DNA of 64,000 nucleotides from Prochlorococcus sp. AG-355-J09 (GCA_003278735.1 QCDO01000009.1:1060-65059); one strand, 5' to 3'; counted from the stretch's first letter, positions 11,600-22,419 are shown. Numbers and translations are program-made. Notes: a model not told the origin generated them from the letters alone.

Positions 11600-12139
11600 T
11601 TGTCAGAATTGAATTCTAAAGATATTTATAAAATTGCTGTCGTCATGGGTAGTGATTCAGATCTAAAAACATTGAAACCAGCCATTGATATTTTAAGAGA
11701 ATTTGGAATAAAAACTGAAGTTTGTATACTTTCTGCACATCGAACGCCTATTGAAATGATGGAATATGCAAAAAATGCAGAATCAGAAAACATAAAAGTA
11801 ATAATTGCCGGTGCTGGGGGTGCTGCTCATCTTCCAGGAATGCTGGCATCCATAACTTGCATTCCTGTAATTGGCGTACCAGTAGAGAGTAAGACACTTA
11901 AGGGGATTGACTCTCTTTTATCAATAGTTCAAATGCCCGCTGGAATTCCAGTTGCAACAGTTGCAATTAATGGAGGTCAGAATGCTGGATTATTGGCAAT
12001 AGAGATGATCAGTTTATTTGATGAATCCATAAAGAAAAATTTGATAAAATTCAGAGAAAATCTACATTCACAGGTAAGAACTAAAAATAGTAAGTTATCA
12101 AATATTGGACCTGACAATTATCTTCAAAATATGAACTAA
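11600..12139 (+). CDS. purE: N5-carboxyaminoimidazole ribonucleotide mutase
   Basis: 179 aa with the motifs VVMGSDSD, SAHRTP and IAGAGGAAHLPGM. Confidence 0.9.
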   Translation: MSELNSKDIYKIAVVMGSDSDLKTLKPAIDILREFGIKTEVCILSAHRTPIEMMEYAKNAESENIKVIIAGAGGAAHLPGMLASITCIPVIGVPVESKTLKGIDSLLSIVQMPAGIPVATVAINGGQNAGLLAIEMISLFDESIKKNLIKFRENLHSQVRTKNSKLSNIGPDNYLQNMN

Positions 12140-12149
12140 TATTTTTCTA

Positions 12150-12773
12150 TTAGGACTTGTTAAGAAAGTTTTCTTTTTTAAGGTACTTAATAATTTTTTC
12201 AACGGAATCATTTAAATCTAACGAACCTGTATCAACAACAATTTCGGGATCAAGAGGAGCTTCATATGGACTAGAAATCCCTGTGAATTCCTTAATTTCA
12301 CCCAAACGAGCTTTCTTATAAAGACCTTTAGTATCCCTATTTTCGCAAACTGTTATATCAGCAGCACAATAAACTTCAATAAAATCCTTAGATCCAATAA
12401 TTTTTCTCACCTTATCTCTATCGCTAATAAATGGCGAAACGAATGCTGTAATAGTGATTATCCCAGCATTCATAAATAAATTCGCAACTTCGCCAATTCT
12501 TCTTATATTTTCTTCTCTATCTTCATCCGAAAAACCAAGATCTCTACACAAACCGTGTCTAATATTATCTCCATCCAACACATAAGTCGAAAAACCATCT
12601 AAGTGTAAAACTTCATTTAAAGCGTTAGCCAAAGTACTTTTACCAGAACCAGATAAACCTGTAAACCAGATAACCATACCTTTATGACCTCTCATTTTCT
12701 CTAACTTTTCTCTATCAATTGTTAAGTTGTGCCACTTTATATTGGTTGACTTTGTTTGATTTTGTTCTTTCAT
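12150..12773 (-). CDS. cysC: Adenylylsulfate (APS) kinase
   Basis: 207 aa with the P-loop FTGLSGSGKSTLA and the motif LDGDNIRHGL..DLGFS..DR. Confidence 0.9.
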   Translation of the reverse strand: MKEQNQTKSTNIKWHNLTIDREKLEKMRGHKGMVIWFTGLSGSGKSTLANALNEVLHLDGFSTYVLDGDNIRHGLCRDLGFSDEDREENIRRIGEVANLFMNAGIITITAFVSPFISDRDKVRKIIGSKDFIEVYCAADITVCENRDTKGLYKKARLGEIKEFTGISSPYEAPLDPEIVVDTGSLDLNDSVEKIIKYLKKENFLNKS

Positions 12774-12814
12774 TTTTTACTTCATCAAAATTAAAACCTA
12801 TCCTAACCCTTGCT

Positions 12815-13126
12815 TCATAAATTATGAAATCCCTCTTTACGAAGAAACTCAATTGATTTCGATACCATATCACCCTGTAACTGGATATTTCTATCAATTA
12901 ATATTCCTCCAGTCCCACAAAAAACTTTAATTTTTTTTAGTAATTCTTTTAATAAGATTTCATCCTCAGTTCCAAAACCTTTAATTAAAGTTATAGTCTT
13001 GCCCTTTTTACCTTTTTTTTGTTTTGAAATAATTATTTTTGTTCTTTTATTAAAGGTATCTACCTTAGCTGTTTCTTCAAATTTCTTTTCTTGATTATCA
13101 AATTCGATCCAATTCTTTTTTCCCAT
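12815..13126 (-). CDS. Translation initiation factor SUI1/YciH family
   Basis: 103 aa with KKGKKGKTITLIKGF, CGTGG and IQLQGD. Confidence 0.8.
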   Translation of the reverse strand: MGKKNWIEFDNQEKKFEETAKVDTFNKRTKIIISKQKKGKKGKTITLIKGFGTEDEILLKELLKKIKVFCGTGGILIDRNIQLQGDMVSKSIEFLRKEGFHNL

Positions 13127-13174
13127 TATTTTAAATATAATCTATAGTTAGTTAATACTTATTCTATAGAAAAA

Positions 13175-14419
13175 GTGGTAAGTACATTTTCTCGCAAAGA
13201 TCAAAACTATAAAAATGACGATTTAAATCAACCCTCCAAAGAGGGAAGATTTGGAAAATATGGTGGTCAATATGTTCCTGAAACGCTAATGCCCGCTCTT
13301 TTTGAGCTTGAAGACGCTGTATCTAATGCATGGAAAGATAAACTTTTTGTAGAAGAATTAAATCATCTACTTAAGACTTATGTAGGAAGAGAAACACCAC
13401 TTTATGAAGCCAAAAGACTTACTGAACATTACAAAAATAAACAAGCAACTCCTAGAATATGGCTTAAAAGAGAAGATTTAAATCATACTGGGGCTCACAA
13501 AATCAATAATGCTCTTGGACAAGCTTTATTGGCAATAAGAATGGGCAAAAAAAGAATAATTGCAGAAACTGGAGCAGGTCAGCATGGAGTTGCTACGGCT
13601 ACTGTTTGTGCGAGATTTGGATTGAAATGTATTATCTACATGGGTGCTGAAGACATAAAAAGGCAATCCCTTAACGTTTTCAGAATGAAACTTTTAGGAG
13701 CTGAAGTTAAAGTTGTAAATTCTGGAACTGCAACACTTAAAGATGCTACTAGTGAGGCCATTAGAGATTGGGTTTCTAATGTCGAAACCACACACTACAT
13801 TTTAGGATCTGTTGCAGGCCCACACCCTTTCCCAAAGATTGTGCGAGATTTTCATGCAGTTATAGGTGAAGAAACTAAAAAACAATGTTGGGAATCATTT
13901 GGATCTTTGCCCGATATTTTGCTTGCTTGTGTAGGTGGAGGATCAAATGCAATGGGGCTTTTCCATCCTTTTGTTAAAGAAACTTCTGTGCGACTTATTG
14001 GAGTTGAAGCCGCAGGGCGCGGAGTTGATACTGACAAACATGCTGCTACTATCACTAAAGGGTCAGTTGGAATTTTGCATGGATCAATGAGTCTTCTCTT
14101 GCAAGATGATAATGGTCAAGTACAAGAAGCTCACTCAATAAGTGCAGGTTTAGATTACCCAGGAGTCGGACCTGAACATAGCCATTTAAAAGATATAGGT
14201 AGAGCAGAATATGGATCAGTCACAGATCAAGAAGCTTTAGACGCACTAAAACTTGTTAGTAAATTAGAAGGAATTATACCTGCACTTGAAACTTCTCATG
14301 CCTTTGCTTGGTTAGATAAATTATGCCCTACTCTTGAAAAAGATACTCATATAGTTATCAATTGCTCTGGTAGAGGCGACAAAGATGTTAATACTGTTGC
14401 ATCTTCGTTAGATATTTAA
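13175..14419 (+). CDS. trpB: Tryptophan synthase beta chain
   Basis: 414 aa with [16 protein letters not shown] and GGGSNAMG. The start codon is GTG. Confidence 0.95.
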   Translation: MVSTFSRKDQNYKNDDLNQPSKEGRFGKYGGQYVPETLMPALFELEDAVSNAWKDKLFVEELNHLLKTYVGRETPLYEAKRLTEHYKNKQATPRIWLKREDLNHTGAHKINNALGQALLAIRMGKKRIIAETGAGQHGVATATVCARFGLKCIIYMGAEDIKRQSLNVFRMKLLGAEVKVVNSGTATLKDATSEAIRDWVSNVETTHYILGSVAGPHPFPKIVRDFHAVIGEETKKQCWESFGSLPDILLACVGGGSNAMGLFHPFVKETSVRLIGVEAAGRGVDTDKHAATITKGSVGILHGSMSLLLQDDNGQVQEAHSISAGLDYPGVGPEHSHLKDIGRAEYGSVTDQEALDALKLVSKLEGIIPALETSHAFAWLDKLCPTLEKDTHIVINCSGRGDKDVNTVASSLDI

Positions 14420-14770
14420 TCAATACCTTGGGATTGATGGGTCAATATATCTACTCCATCCATCAATACCCTCCTCCAAATTCCATATTTCGCTCACAAT
14501 ATTATTATCCAAGCACCATTGAGAAAAATTATAACTTCTTATTCCTGCATGACAGGTAACTACAATTTTTCTGTCTAATAAACCAGCAAATATTTCTTCA
14601 ACATATTTAGATGTGACTTTACTAATTGGTATATGTAAAAATTCTTTTGAGAAACGAGCTATTTCAAGCTCTGACTGCTCTCTTACATCAATCAAAACTG
14701 GATCTTCTTTCTCAGAATTAAACCAATCATTGAGACTAGAAGCATTTATAGATTTTGGATAACTTCCCAA
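14420..14770 (-). CDS. Rhodanese-domain protein
   Basis: 116 aa with an active-site loop CHAGIRS and the pattern LIDVRE..E. It abuts the trpB stop codon. Confidence 0.7.
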   Translation of the reverse strand: MGSYPKSINASSLNDWFNSEKEDPVLIDVREQSELEIARFSKEFLHIPISKVTSKYVEEIFAGLLDRKIVVTCHAGIRSYNFSQWCLDNNIVSEIWNLEEGIDGWSRYIDPSIPRY

Positions 14771-14853
14771 TTTATAGGATAAATTATGTGTTATTTACAA
14801 TTTAATAAATTAACTTGCAGTAGGAAGTTTATTGTTAAAAATAAAAATAAACA

Positions 14854-16320
14854 TTGATAATGAAACTTAGAATAGTAGCAATAATACTATTATTATCTTT
14901 ATTACTTTTTTTTGGTTTTAAAAAAGTTTCTGCTAATAAAAATAAGGAGCAAAGTACAAATATTGAGCAATTAAATATCTTAAGATATGTACCTAAAAAC
15001 CAAAAATTATTATTTATTTCAAATTTAGATAGTTTTCATATTGTTGATAATAATGAAAAAGATAAAAATTCAACAAACCAAGATGACTTTGTTTTAATAA
15101 AAGACTCTATATTAGATTACTTAGGTATAGATTTAGGCAAAAACAAATTAGAAGATATCTATAACAATGAACTTATAATCTCATTTTTTGAAAATAATAA
15201 AAAGCTTAAAGATGATATTTTGATTATTTTTAAAATTAAGCCAGAAAAAACAATAGACGATTTATTAAATTTGCCAAATAAAATTGATAAAATTGATGAG
15301 ATAATTTCAATTTATAGAGAAAAGAAAATAAATTTTCTCAACTATATATACCGAACCGACGATAATTATATAATTGCTTCATCAGATAAAAAATTAATAA
15401 AAAATAGTATTAACTCTAGTAATGATTTTAAAGAAAAAAAATTTCAATATCAGGGAGAACTTTTTGGACTCAAAAATCAAAAAAATATATTATTTACAAA
15501 AAAATTTGGGGAAAGTATATTTTTTGATAAAGAAATTTTTTCTAATAAAAATGAGGATATTGTAGCTACTATATTTGATTTTAAAAATAAACATTTGATT
15601 TTAAAATCATATTTACTAAATAATAAAAAAAATATTGATATTCTTACTTATAATGAGTTGTTAAATAAAGAAAATACACATAAAGATAATCCTCAAATTT
15701 CTATTTTTACTGAAATTAAGAATTTCGAAAAATATCTAAAACCTTTTATAAATAATTTTGAACTAAATTTTTTTGAAGAATTTAACCAAAATACAAATCA
15801 AAACATTTTAATTCTCAATTCAAAAAAAGATTGGCTTTTTACATTTGAAACAAATAATGAAAATCAATTTGATTTTAGTTCTTTGAAAAAACTAAAAGAT
15901 TTCAACAAATATACTTTAAAACAAAATGAAGATATTTATTCAATATACTCCAAAGATATTCTTGAAGAAAAAAACGATGCAATAAAACAATTAACTTTTG
16001 AAAATATCTATTCAATAGAATCAGGAGGTTTGCAATTCATAAGTAATTTTTTAATAGATAGTAAAAAACTAGAAACAATCTCAAAAAAATTTTTCAACCT
16101 AAAAAGTTATAAAGATAAATCTACTATTCTTTTTGCCAAAGTTGATATCAAAGATGAAAATTCCAATAAAATTGAATATTTACCTGATTTGGAAGATCTT
16201 AATTTTCTCGTTAGAAATATTTTAAAAATATCGAATGAAGAATATTTAGAAATCATAAGTCAATCTATTCCAGAAAAAAATCCAATTCTTTATACAGAAA
16301 CAAGTTTAAAAATACCTTAA
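14854..16320 (+). CDS. Hypothetical Lys/Asn-rich protein with an N-terminal signal anchor
   Basis: A long open frame of 488 aa in very AT-rich DNA, with an N-terminal hydrophobic segment (LRIVAIILLLSLLLFFGF). No motif was recognised. Confidence 0.5.
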   Translation: MIMKLRIVAIILLLSLLLFFGFKKVSANKNKEQSTNIEQLNILRYVPKNQKLLFISNLDSFHIVDNNEKDKNSTNQDDFVLIKDSILDYLGIDLGKNKLEDIYNNELIISFFENNKKLKDDILIIFKIKPEKTIDDLLNLPNKIDKIDEIISIYREKKINFLNYIYRTDDNYIIASSDKKLIKNSINSSNDFKEKKFQYQGELFGLKNQKNILFTKKFGESIFFDKEIFSNKNEDIVATIFDFKNKHLILKSYLLNNKKNIDILTYNELLNKENTHKDNPQISIFTEIKNFEKYLKPFINNFELNFFEEFNQNTNQNILILNSKKDWLFTFETNNENQFDFSSLKKLKDFNKYTLKQNEDIYSIYSKDILEEKNDAIKQLTFENIYSIESGGLQFISNFLIDSKKLETISKKFFNLKSYKDKSTILFAKVDIKDENSNKIEYLPDLEDLNFLVRNILKISNEEYLEIISQSIPEKNPILYTETSLKIP

Positions 16321-16444
16321 TAAAATTATTCAAATAAGCTTCAAAGACAATCATTTGAAATTTTTGTGAAGTTAATAACTTGTGGTTAATTAAAAATTAT
16401 TTTACTATCTTTAATCTATAAGTATTTGATATTGAATTAAGCAA

Positions 16445-17590
16445 TTGGACAATAAAAAACTAATTTTAAAACCAGGATTAGAAGGTGTCCCAGTGACTAA
16501 TTCATCTATCTGTGATATTGACGGCAACAAAGGTAAATTATTGTACAGAGGCTACTCCATTGAGGAACTATCCAAAAAAAGCAGTTTTTTAGAAACTGCA
16601 TACCTTTTGATTTGGGGTGAATTGCCCACAGCTATTCAACTTAGAGATTTTGAACAAGAAGTTCAGATGCATAGAAGGTTAAGTTTTAGAGTCAGAGATA
16701 TGATGAAATGTTTCCCTGCGACAGGTCATCCTATGGATGCTCTTCAATCTAGCGCGGCTTCTTTGGGGCTCTTCTATTCGCGCAGGGCAATAGATGATCC
16801 TAATTACATCTACAACGCAGTCATAAGGCTAATAGCAAAAATACCCACAATGATTGCTGCATTTCAACTTATTAGAAAAGGACAAGACCCAATTCAACCT
16901 AGAGATGATTTAACTTACTCATCAAATTTTCTTTACATGCTGACTGAAAAAGAACAAGATCCTATAGCTGCAAAAGTTTTTGATAGGTGTTTAATTCTAC
17001 ATGCTGAACATAGTTTAAACGCCAGTACATTTAGCGCTAGAGTTACTGCAAGCACTCTTACAGACCCATATGCTGTAATCGCCTCTGCAGTAGGAACCCT
17101 TGCTGGCCCATTGCATGGAGGAGCAAATGAGGATGTGATTGCAATGTTAGAAGAGATTAAAACCCCAGAAAATGCTGGGTCTTTTTTAGATAACGCAATA
17201 AAAAATAAAAGTAAGATAATGGGCTTCGGCCACAGAGAATATAAAGTCAAAGATCCAAGAGCAATAATTCTTCAAAAACTGGCAGAAGAGCTTTTCATTA
17301 GATTTGGTGCAGATGAAATGTATGATGTTGCTAAATCACTTGAGGAAGAGGCAATCCCAAGACTCGGTCCAAAGGGTATATTCCCTAACGTGGATTTTTA
17401 TTCTGGTCTTGTTTATAGAAAACTTGGAATTCCTCGTGATTTATTTACTCCAATTTTTGCCATATCTAGAGTGGCTGGTTGGTTAGCTCATTGGAGAGAG
17501 CAACTTGGAGCAAATAGAATTTTCAGACCATCGCAAATCTATACAGGTTCAGAACCAAGAGATTGGATCAGCCTAGAAAATAGAGAATAA
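16445..17590 (+). CDS. gltA: Citrate synthase
   Basis: 381 aa with the motifs LHAEHSLNAST, GPLHGGANE and GFGHREYK..DPR. The start codon is TTG. Confidence 0.9.
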   Translation: MDNKKLILKPGLEGVPVTNSSICDIDGNKGKLLYRGYSIEELSKKSSFLETAYLLIWGELPTAIQLRDFEQEVQMHRRLSFRVRDMMKCFPATGHPMDALQSSAASLGLFYSRRAIDDPNYIYNAVIRLIAKIPTMIAAFQLIRKGQDPIQPRDDLTYSSNFLYMLTEKEQDPIAAKVFDRCLILHAEHSLNASTFSARVTASTLTDPYAVIASAVGTLAGPLHGGANEDVIAMLEEIKTPENAGSFLDNAIKNKSKIMGFGHREYKVKDPRAIILQKLAEELFIRFGADEMYDVAKSLEEEAIPRLGPKGIFPNVDFYSGLVYRKLGIPRDLFTPIFAISRVAGWLAHWREQLGANRIFRPSQIYTGSEPRDWISLENRE

Positions 17591-17667
17591 TATTTGCAGC
17601 TTTTCAAAAAAAACACACACATATTGTTTGTGAAGAGTTAATGTATTAATTAAAGAGCATAAAAATT

Positions 17668-18786
17668 TTGGAATACGGTTTAGATCTCGAATATAGTTTT
17701 AATGAATTCTTGAAAGGTTTTGGCCTTTCCAGCGAAATCGCTCATATAATCTGGCTCCCTCTACCTATGCTTCTGGTTTTAGTAGCAGCAGTTGTTGGCG
17801 TTTTAGTAACAGTTTGGCTTGAAAGAAAAATATCTGCTGCCGCGCAACAAAGAATAGGGCCCGAATATGCAGGAGCGCTTGGCGTCCTTCAACCAATTGC
17901 AGATGGTCTTAAGTTACTTGTCAAAGAGGATATTATTCCTGCTAAAGCAGATGGAATTCTTTTCACTGCAGGACCTATATTAGTTCTTGTTCCAGTAATT
18001 CTGTCCTGGCTAATTGTCCCTTTTGGACAAAATCTTTTAATAAGTAACGTTGGTATTGGAATTTTTCTATGGATTGCTTTAAGCAGTATCCAGCCAATTG
18101 GACTTCTTATGAGCGGATATGCATCTAATAATAAATATTCTTTATTAGGAGGATTAAGAGCAGCAGCTCAATCGATAAGTTATGAAATTCCTTTAGCTTT
18201 ATCTGTACTTGCTATCGTACTAATGACAAATTCTCTAAGTACTGTTGACATTGTCAACCAACAAAGTGGTGCTGGAATTCTAAGCTGGAATATATGGAGG
18301 CAACCAGTTGGTTTTATAGTCTTTTGGATTTGTGCTCTTGCAGAATGTGAGAGACTTCCATTTGACTTACCTGAAGCTGAAGAAGAATTAGTTGCAGGAT
18401 ATCAAACTGAATATGCAGGGATGAAATTCGCATTATTCTACCTTGGTAGTTACATCAATCTAATACTTTCAGCTTTATTAGTATCAATACTTTATTTGGG
18501 AGGATGGGGTTTTCCTATACCAGTTGAATTAATAGCAAAGTTTCTAAATTTGCCCATCAATGCACCTTTTATACAAGTTTTCACTGCATCAATAGGAATT
18601 GTAATGACTGTTTTGAAAGCATATCTTTTAGTGTTCATTGCAATATTATTGCGTTGGACAACACCTAGAGTAAGAATAGATCAACTATTAGATCTAGGAT
18701 GGAAGTTTCTTCTTCCAATTTCTCTTGCTAATCTTTTGATAACTGCAGGATTAAAACTTGCTTTTCCGCAATTCTTTGGTGGTTAA
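17668..18786 (+). CDS. ndhA: NAD(P)H-quinone oxidoreductase subunit 1
   Basis: 372 aa NuoH/NdhA membrane protein with [14 protein letters not shown] and [25 protein letters not shown]. Confidence 0.95.
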   Translation: MEYGLDLEYSFNEFLKGFGLSSEIAHIIWLPLPMLLVLVAAVVGVLVTVWLERKISAAAQQRIGPEYAGALGVLQPIADGLKLLVKEDIIPAKADGILFTAGPILVLVPVILSWLIVPFGQNLLISNVGIGIFLWIALSSIQPIGLLMSGYASNNKYSLLGGLRAAAQSISYEIPLALSVLAIVLMTNSLSTVDIVNQQSGAGILSWNIWRQPVGFIVFWICALAECERLPFDLPEAEEELVAGYQTEYAGMKFALFYLGSYINLILSALLVSILYLGGWGFPIPVELIAKFLNLPINAPFIQVFTASIGIVMTVLKAYLLVFIAILLRWTTPRVRIDQLLDLGWKFLLPISLANLLITAGLKLAFPQFFGG

Positions 18787-18854
18787 ATTTAAGTAAAAAT
18801 ACTTAAATTTAATATTAATCCACTAAAATAAAATAACTAAGTAAATTCTTCAAA

Positions 18855-19481
18855 ATGAAAAATTTCCTTCAACAAATAAATAGCTATATCAAAGAAGCAA
18901 TCAATGCTGGCAAATATTTATATAATGGTCTATCAGTTACTTTTGATCATCTTCGAAGAAGACCTGTTACTGTCCAATATCCCTATGAAAAATTAATACC
19001 TTCCGAAAGATATAGAGGAAGGATACACTATGAATTCGATAAATGTATTGCTTGTGAGGTTTGCGTGAGGGTATGCCCCATAAATCTACCAGTAGTTGAT
19101 TGGGTAATGAATAAAGAAACGAAAAAAAAGGAACTTAGAAATTATTCTATAGACTTTGGAGTTTGTATATTTTGCGGAAATTGTGTTGAATATTGTCCAA
19201 CTAATTGTCTATCAATGACCGAAGAATATGAATTAGCTACTTTTGACAGACACAATCTAAATTTTGATAATGTTGCGCTTGGTAGACTACCCACGAATGT
19301 TACTACAGATCCTTCAGTTAAACCTTTAAGAGAACTTGCCTATCTTCCCAAAGGTGTCATGGACCCTCATGAAATCCCAGTTTCAGATTCTAGAGTTGGT
19401 AAATTACCTGAAGAAGTCTATGATTGGATGAGACCAGAATCCAATGAAAATAAAGATAAAGTTTCTAATCCAAGCAATTAA
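18855..19481 (+). CDS. ndhI: NAD(P)H-quinone oxidoreductase subunit I (2x[4Fe-4S])
   Basis: 208 aa with two ferredoxin motifs, [12 protein letters not shown] and [12 protein letters not shown]. Confidence 0.95.
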   Translation: MKNFLQQINSYIKEAINAGKYLYNGLSVTFDHLRRRPVTVQYPYEKLIPSERYRGRIHYEFDKCIACEVCVRVCPINLPVVDWVMNKETKKKELRNYSIDFGVCIFCGNCVEYCPTNCLSMTEEYELATFDRHNLNFDNVALGRLPTNVTTDPSVKPLRELAYLPKGVMDPHEIPVSDSRVGKLPEEVYDWMRPESNENKDKVSNPSN

Positions 19482-19494
19482 TTTCCCTTAATTT

Positions 19495-20094
19495 ATGACC
19501 ATTGCAATAACTACTCAAATTATTTGTTTTACAATATTATCCTTAGTTATCCTTATCGGAGCACTTGGCGTTGTATTGCTCGAAAGTATTGTTTATTCAG
19601 CCTTTCTTCTAGGAGGAGTTTTCATGAGTGTGGCAGGATTATATCTTCTTTTAAATGCAAGTTTTGTTGCTGCAGCACAAGTTTTAGTTTATGTGGGTGC
19701 AGTTAATGTATTAATAATCTTTGCAATAATGCTAGTCAATAAAAAAGAAGATTTAAAGCCCATCAATGATATTAAATCAAGAAGAATCATATCAACATCA
19801 ATATGTTTAACCCTGCTAATCCTTTTAATAAGAGTTGACTTGACTAATGTATGGAGTCTATCAAGTCCTCAAAACTCTATTGGAGAAGAATCAACCATCA
19901 GAATTGGTGAACATCTATTTAGTGATTATTTACTCCCATTTGAAGTAGCATCAGTTTTACTTTTAATGGCAATGATTGGAGCTATAGTTTTAGCTAGAAG
20001 AGATGTAATGAGCAAGGATATTTCTACTGGATTACCTGTAGATCAAGAGTTAATTGAAAAATCATCAGAACCATTACTTACAAATAAAAATTAA
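19495..20094 (+). CDS. ndhG: NAD(P)H-quinone oxidoreductase subunit 6
   Basis: 199 aa membrane protein with AAAQVLVYVGAVNVLI, positioned within the ndhA-I-G-E order. Confidence 0.9.
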   Translation: MTIAITTQIICFTILSLVILIGALGVVLLESIVYSAFLLGGVFMSVAGLYLLLNASFVAAAQVLVYVGAVNVLIIFAIMLVNKKEDLKPINDIKSRRIISTSICLTLLILLIRVDLTNVWSLSSPQNSIGEESTIRIGEHLFSDYLLPFEVASVLLLMAMIGAIVLARRDVMSKDISTGLPVDQELIEKSSEPLLTNKN

Positions 20095-20109
20095 CCTTTC
20101 ACCTTTCTT

Positions 20110-20433
20110 ATGATGAGTTTAGAATCAATCCCTGTTCAAGCATTTTTAATAGTATCTTCAGCACTATTCTGTATTGGGATTTGGGGATTATTAAATAGCA
20201 GAAATGCAGTAAGAGTTCTTATGAGCATTGAGTTAATGCTCAATGCAGTAAATATAAATCTAATGGCGTTTTCTTCCTATGTTGATAATAATTTAATTCA
20301 AGGACAAGTTTTTACAATTTTTGTAATTACTGTTGCTGCCGCAGAAGCAGCAGTTGGATTAGCTATCTTATTATCTCTTTATAGGAATAGGGTGACTGTA
20401 GATATGGAAAGTTTTAATTTATTAAAATGGTAA
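20110..20433 (+). CDS. ndhE: NAD(P)H-quinone oxidoreductase subunit 4L
   Basis: 107 aa with the NuoK-like motifs SIELMLNAVN and AAAEAAVGLA. Confidence 0.9.
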   Translation: MMSLESIPVQAFLIVSSALFCIGIWGLLNSRNAVRVLMSIELMLNAVNINLMAFSSYVDNNLIQGQVFTIFVITVAAAEAAVGLAILLSLYRNRVTVDMESFNLLKW

Positions 20434-20442
20434 AACCACTAA

Positions 20443-21354
20443 ATGAAACTTTCATTAGTGCTTATTATATATCGTTCAGATAGTTCTAAAGCTCATGAAG
20501 CTTCTAAATTCTGTGAAGAAGTACTCAAAGCTAAAAATATAATCTCAAAAAGAATTGAAAGTGATTTTTATAAAGATGAAATTGAAAAATATTTTTGTAA
20601 TCTAGAATTACAACCAAATATTGGCATAGTTCTTGGCGGAGATGGAACCTTCCTAAAATGTGCAAATGCTTTAGCTGATTATGATATTCCTTTGTTGAGC
20701 ATTAATATTGGTGGCAATCTGGGTTTCCTTACTCAAGAAAAAGATTTTTTGTTTGACAAATCTTTTATTGAAATCCTTGAAAACAAAGAATATACAATTG
20801 ACTTTCGTAATAGATTAAATTGTAATGTTTGTATTAATGGGACTAGTTCTGAGAAAAAGATTATAAAAAGCTACGATGCTTTAAATGATTTTTATTTTAA
20901 ATCTGTTGAAGAAGACATTTCTCCCACCAACCAAATACAAATTGAAATAGATAACGAGAAGGTTAATGAATACAAAGGTGATGGATTAATCATATCTACA
21001 TCTACTGGTTCAACCGCCTACTCAATGGCCGCAGGGGGGCCAATAGTCCACCCTAGTATTGATGCAATGATAATTAACCCTATATGCCCGATGAGTTTGG
21101 CTAGCAGACCAATAGTTATACCTAATACAAGTAAGGTAATCATAAAACCAGTAAAAAAAAGTAAGGGGGAGATTAAATTATGGAGAGACGGTTCCAAATG
21201 TATGACCATTAAGGAAAATTACTATTGTGAGGTCAAAAAAGGGCAATCACCCTGCAAAATAATAAAGTTTAAAAAAAGCACAAGCTACTATAATACTCTA
21301 ATAAAAAAACTAGATTGGAAAGGTGATTTATCTCAAAAAAATTTCAAAAATTAA
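20443..21354 (+). CDS. nadK: NAD kinase
   Basis: 303 aa with GGDGT, LGFL and the motif [17 protein letters not shown]. Confidence 0.85.
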   Translation: MKLSLVLIIYRSDSSKAHEASKFCEEVLKAKNIISKRIESDFYKDEIEKYFCNLELQPNIGIVLGGDGTFLKCANALADYDIPLLSINIGGNLGFLTQEKDFLFDKSFIEILENKEYTIDFRNRLNCNVCINGTSSEKKIIKSYDALNDFYFKSVEEDISPTNQIQIEIDNEKVNEYKGDGLIISTSTGSTAYSMAAGGPIVHPSIDAMIINPICPMSLASRPIVIPNTSKVIIKPVKKSKGEIKLWRDGSKCMTIKENYYCEVKKGQSPCKIIKFKKSTSYYNTLIKKLDWKGDLSQKNFKN

Positions 21355-21828
21355 ATGGCCTTAGAGATAGAAAGAAGATTTCTTATAAAAAATAATAATT
21401 GGAAAGAATTCATAAATAAAAAAATTTATATTGAACAAGGATATTTATCCAAAAATATAGATGGCTGGATTATTAGGGTAAGGCTTATAGGCAAAAACTC
21501 TAAAATTACACTTAAAAAACATATCAAAGGTTTTACCAACTTTGAATTTGAATACTCCATTCCACGAAGCGATGCTGAAATAATAATGTTAAATCTTTCA
21601 AATACAATTAAAAAAGATAGATTCTTTCTAGAAATTGAAAAAAAATCTTGGATTATAGATTGCTTTAAAGAAAATAATTATCCACTTCAAATTGCAGAAA
21701 TTGAACTTTCTAATGAAGAAGAGGATTTATTTCTTCCATCTTTCATTGCAAAAGAAATTACTGGGCTGACCCATTACTCTAATTTCAGTCTCGCTAACAA
21801 TCCTTTTTCACATTGGAAAGAAAACTAA
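21355..21828 (+). CDS. CYTH-domain (triphosphate tunnel metalloenzyme) protein
   Basis: 157 aa with an N-terminal EIERRFLI (ExExK-like CYTH signature) and an AEIEL strand. It starts directly after the nadK stop codon. Confidence 0.6.
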   Translation: MALEIERRFLIKNNNWKEFINKKIYIEQGYLSKNIDGWIIRVRLIGKNSKITLKKHIKGFTNFEFEYSIPRSDAEIIMLNLSNTIKKDRFFLEIEKKSWIIDCFKENNYPLQIAEIELSNEEEDLFLPSFIAKEITGLTHYSNFSLANNPFSHWKEN

Positions 21829-21914
21829 TTAACAACTTTCAAAAGTATCTAGCCAAAGAAACCACTCATCCTTTATATTTTCTTTATATTTAAGCAAAGT
21901 ATTTTTTTCTTCAG

Positions 21915-22061
21915 ATGTACGGTCTTTACGACAAAGAAGGCATATTAAGATTTGTTGATGCAGACAAGGATGTTTGTATTGCATATGCTGAACTCTTCGA
22001 ATTAGGATCTACAAATTATTGTCTAATTGATTTGGCTAATGATAAAAAAAGTAAAGGGTAA
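21915..22061 (+). CDS. Candidate small protein of 48 aa (MYGLYDKEGILRFVDADKDVCIAYAELFELGSTNYCLIDLANDKKSKG)
   Basis: This is the only open frame in an otherwise unexplained 235-nt gap. It falls below the ORF-track length cutoff, and no obvious RBS is present. Confidence 0.3.
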   Translation: MYGLYDKEGILRFVDADKDVCIAYAELFELGSTNYCLIDLANDKKSKG

Positions 22062-22063
22062 TA

Positions 22064-22342
22064 CTAATCTTGATCAGAGTCTGGAAGTGTACAACAATTA
22101 AATCCATCTCTACAAATCTTGCCGTTATCCATTGCCCAATTCAAAAGTGCTACTCTGTTTTTAGAACCAGTTTTTGTAAACATATTACTTACATGGTTAT
22201 CAACAGTTCTTTTACTAATAGTTAGTTTTACCGCAATTTCTTGATTTGTAAGCCCATCAGCTACGAGACCAATGATTTCCATCTCTCTTGCTGAGAGGCC
22301 CATCATATCAATGTTGTTTACTTCTTCTTCAACCATTTGCAT
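22064..22342 (-). CDS. Small LuxR-family HTH transcription regulator
   Basis: 92 aa with LSAREMEIIGLVADGLTNQEIAVKLTISKRTVDNHVSNMF and a Cys-containing tail. Confidence 0.75.
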   Translation of the reverse strand: MQMVEEEVNNIDMMGLSAREMEIIGLVADGLTNQEIAVKLTISKRTVDNHVSNMFTKTGSKNRVALLNWAMDNGKICRDGFNCCTLPDSDQD

Positions 22343-22419
22343 TTAAACAGTTCCTTTTTTATATTAATTAAGTTTAGCAATCTCAGTACACTTGTTAACC
22401 AACTAGGAAACAAAAGCAA

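Noticed and set aside
16933-17250. Antisense ORFs inside well-supported genes, for example 16933-17250, 36421-36870, 51497-51826, 54346-54660, 22434-22733 and 41195-41488
   Set aside because: Each lies fully within a longer ORF on the opposite strand that has clear family motifs. They are typical shadow frames.
17606-17622. A8 run followed by a (CA)4-5 microsatellite between gltA and ndhA
   Set aside because: It is too short to infer phase variation and lies outside coding sequence. It is noted only as possible terminator or spacer sequence.
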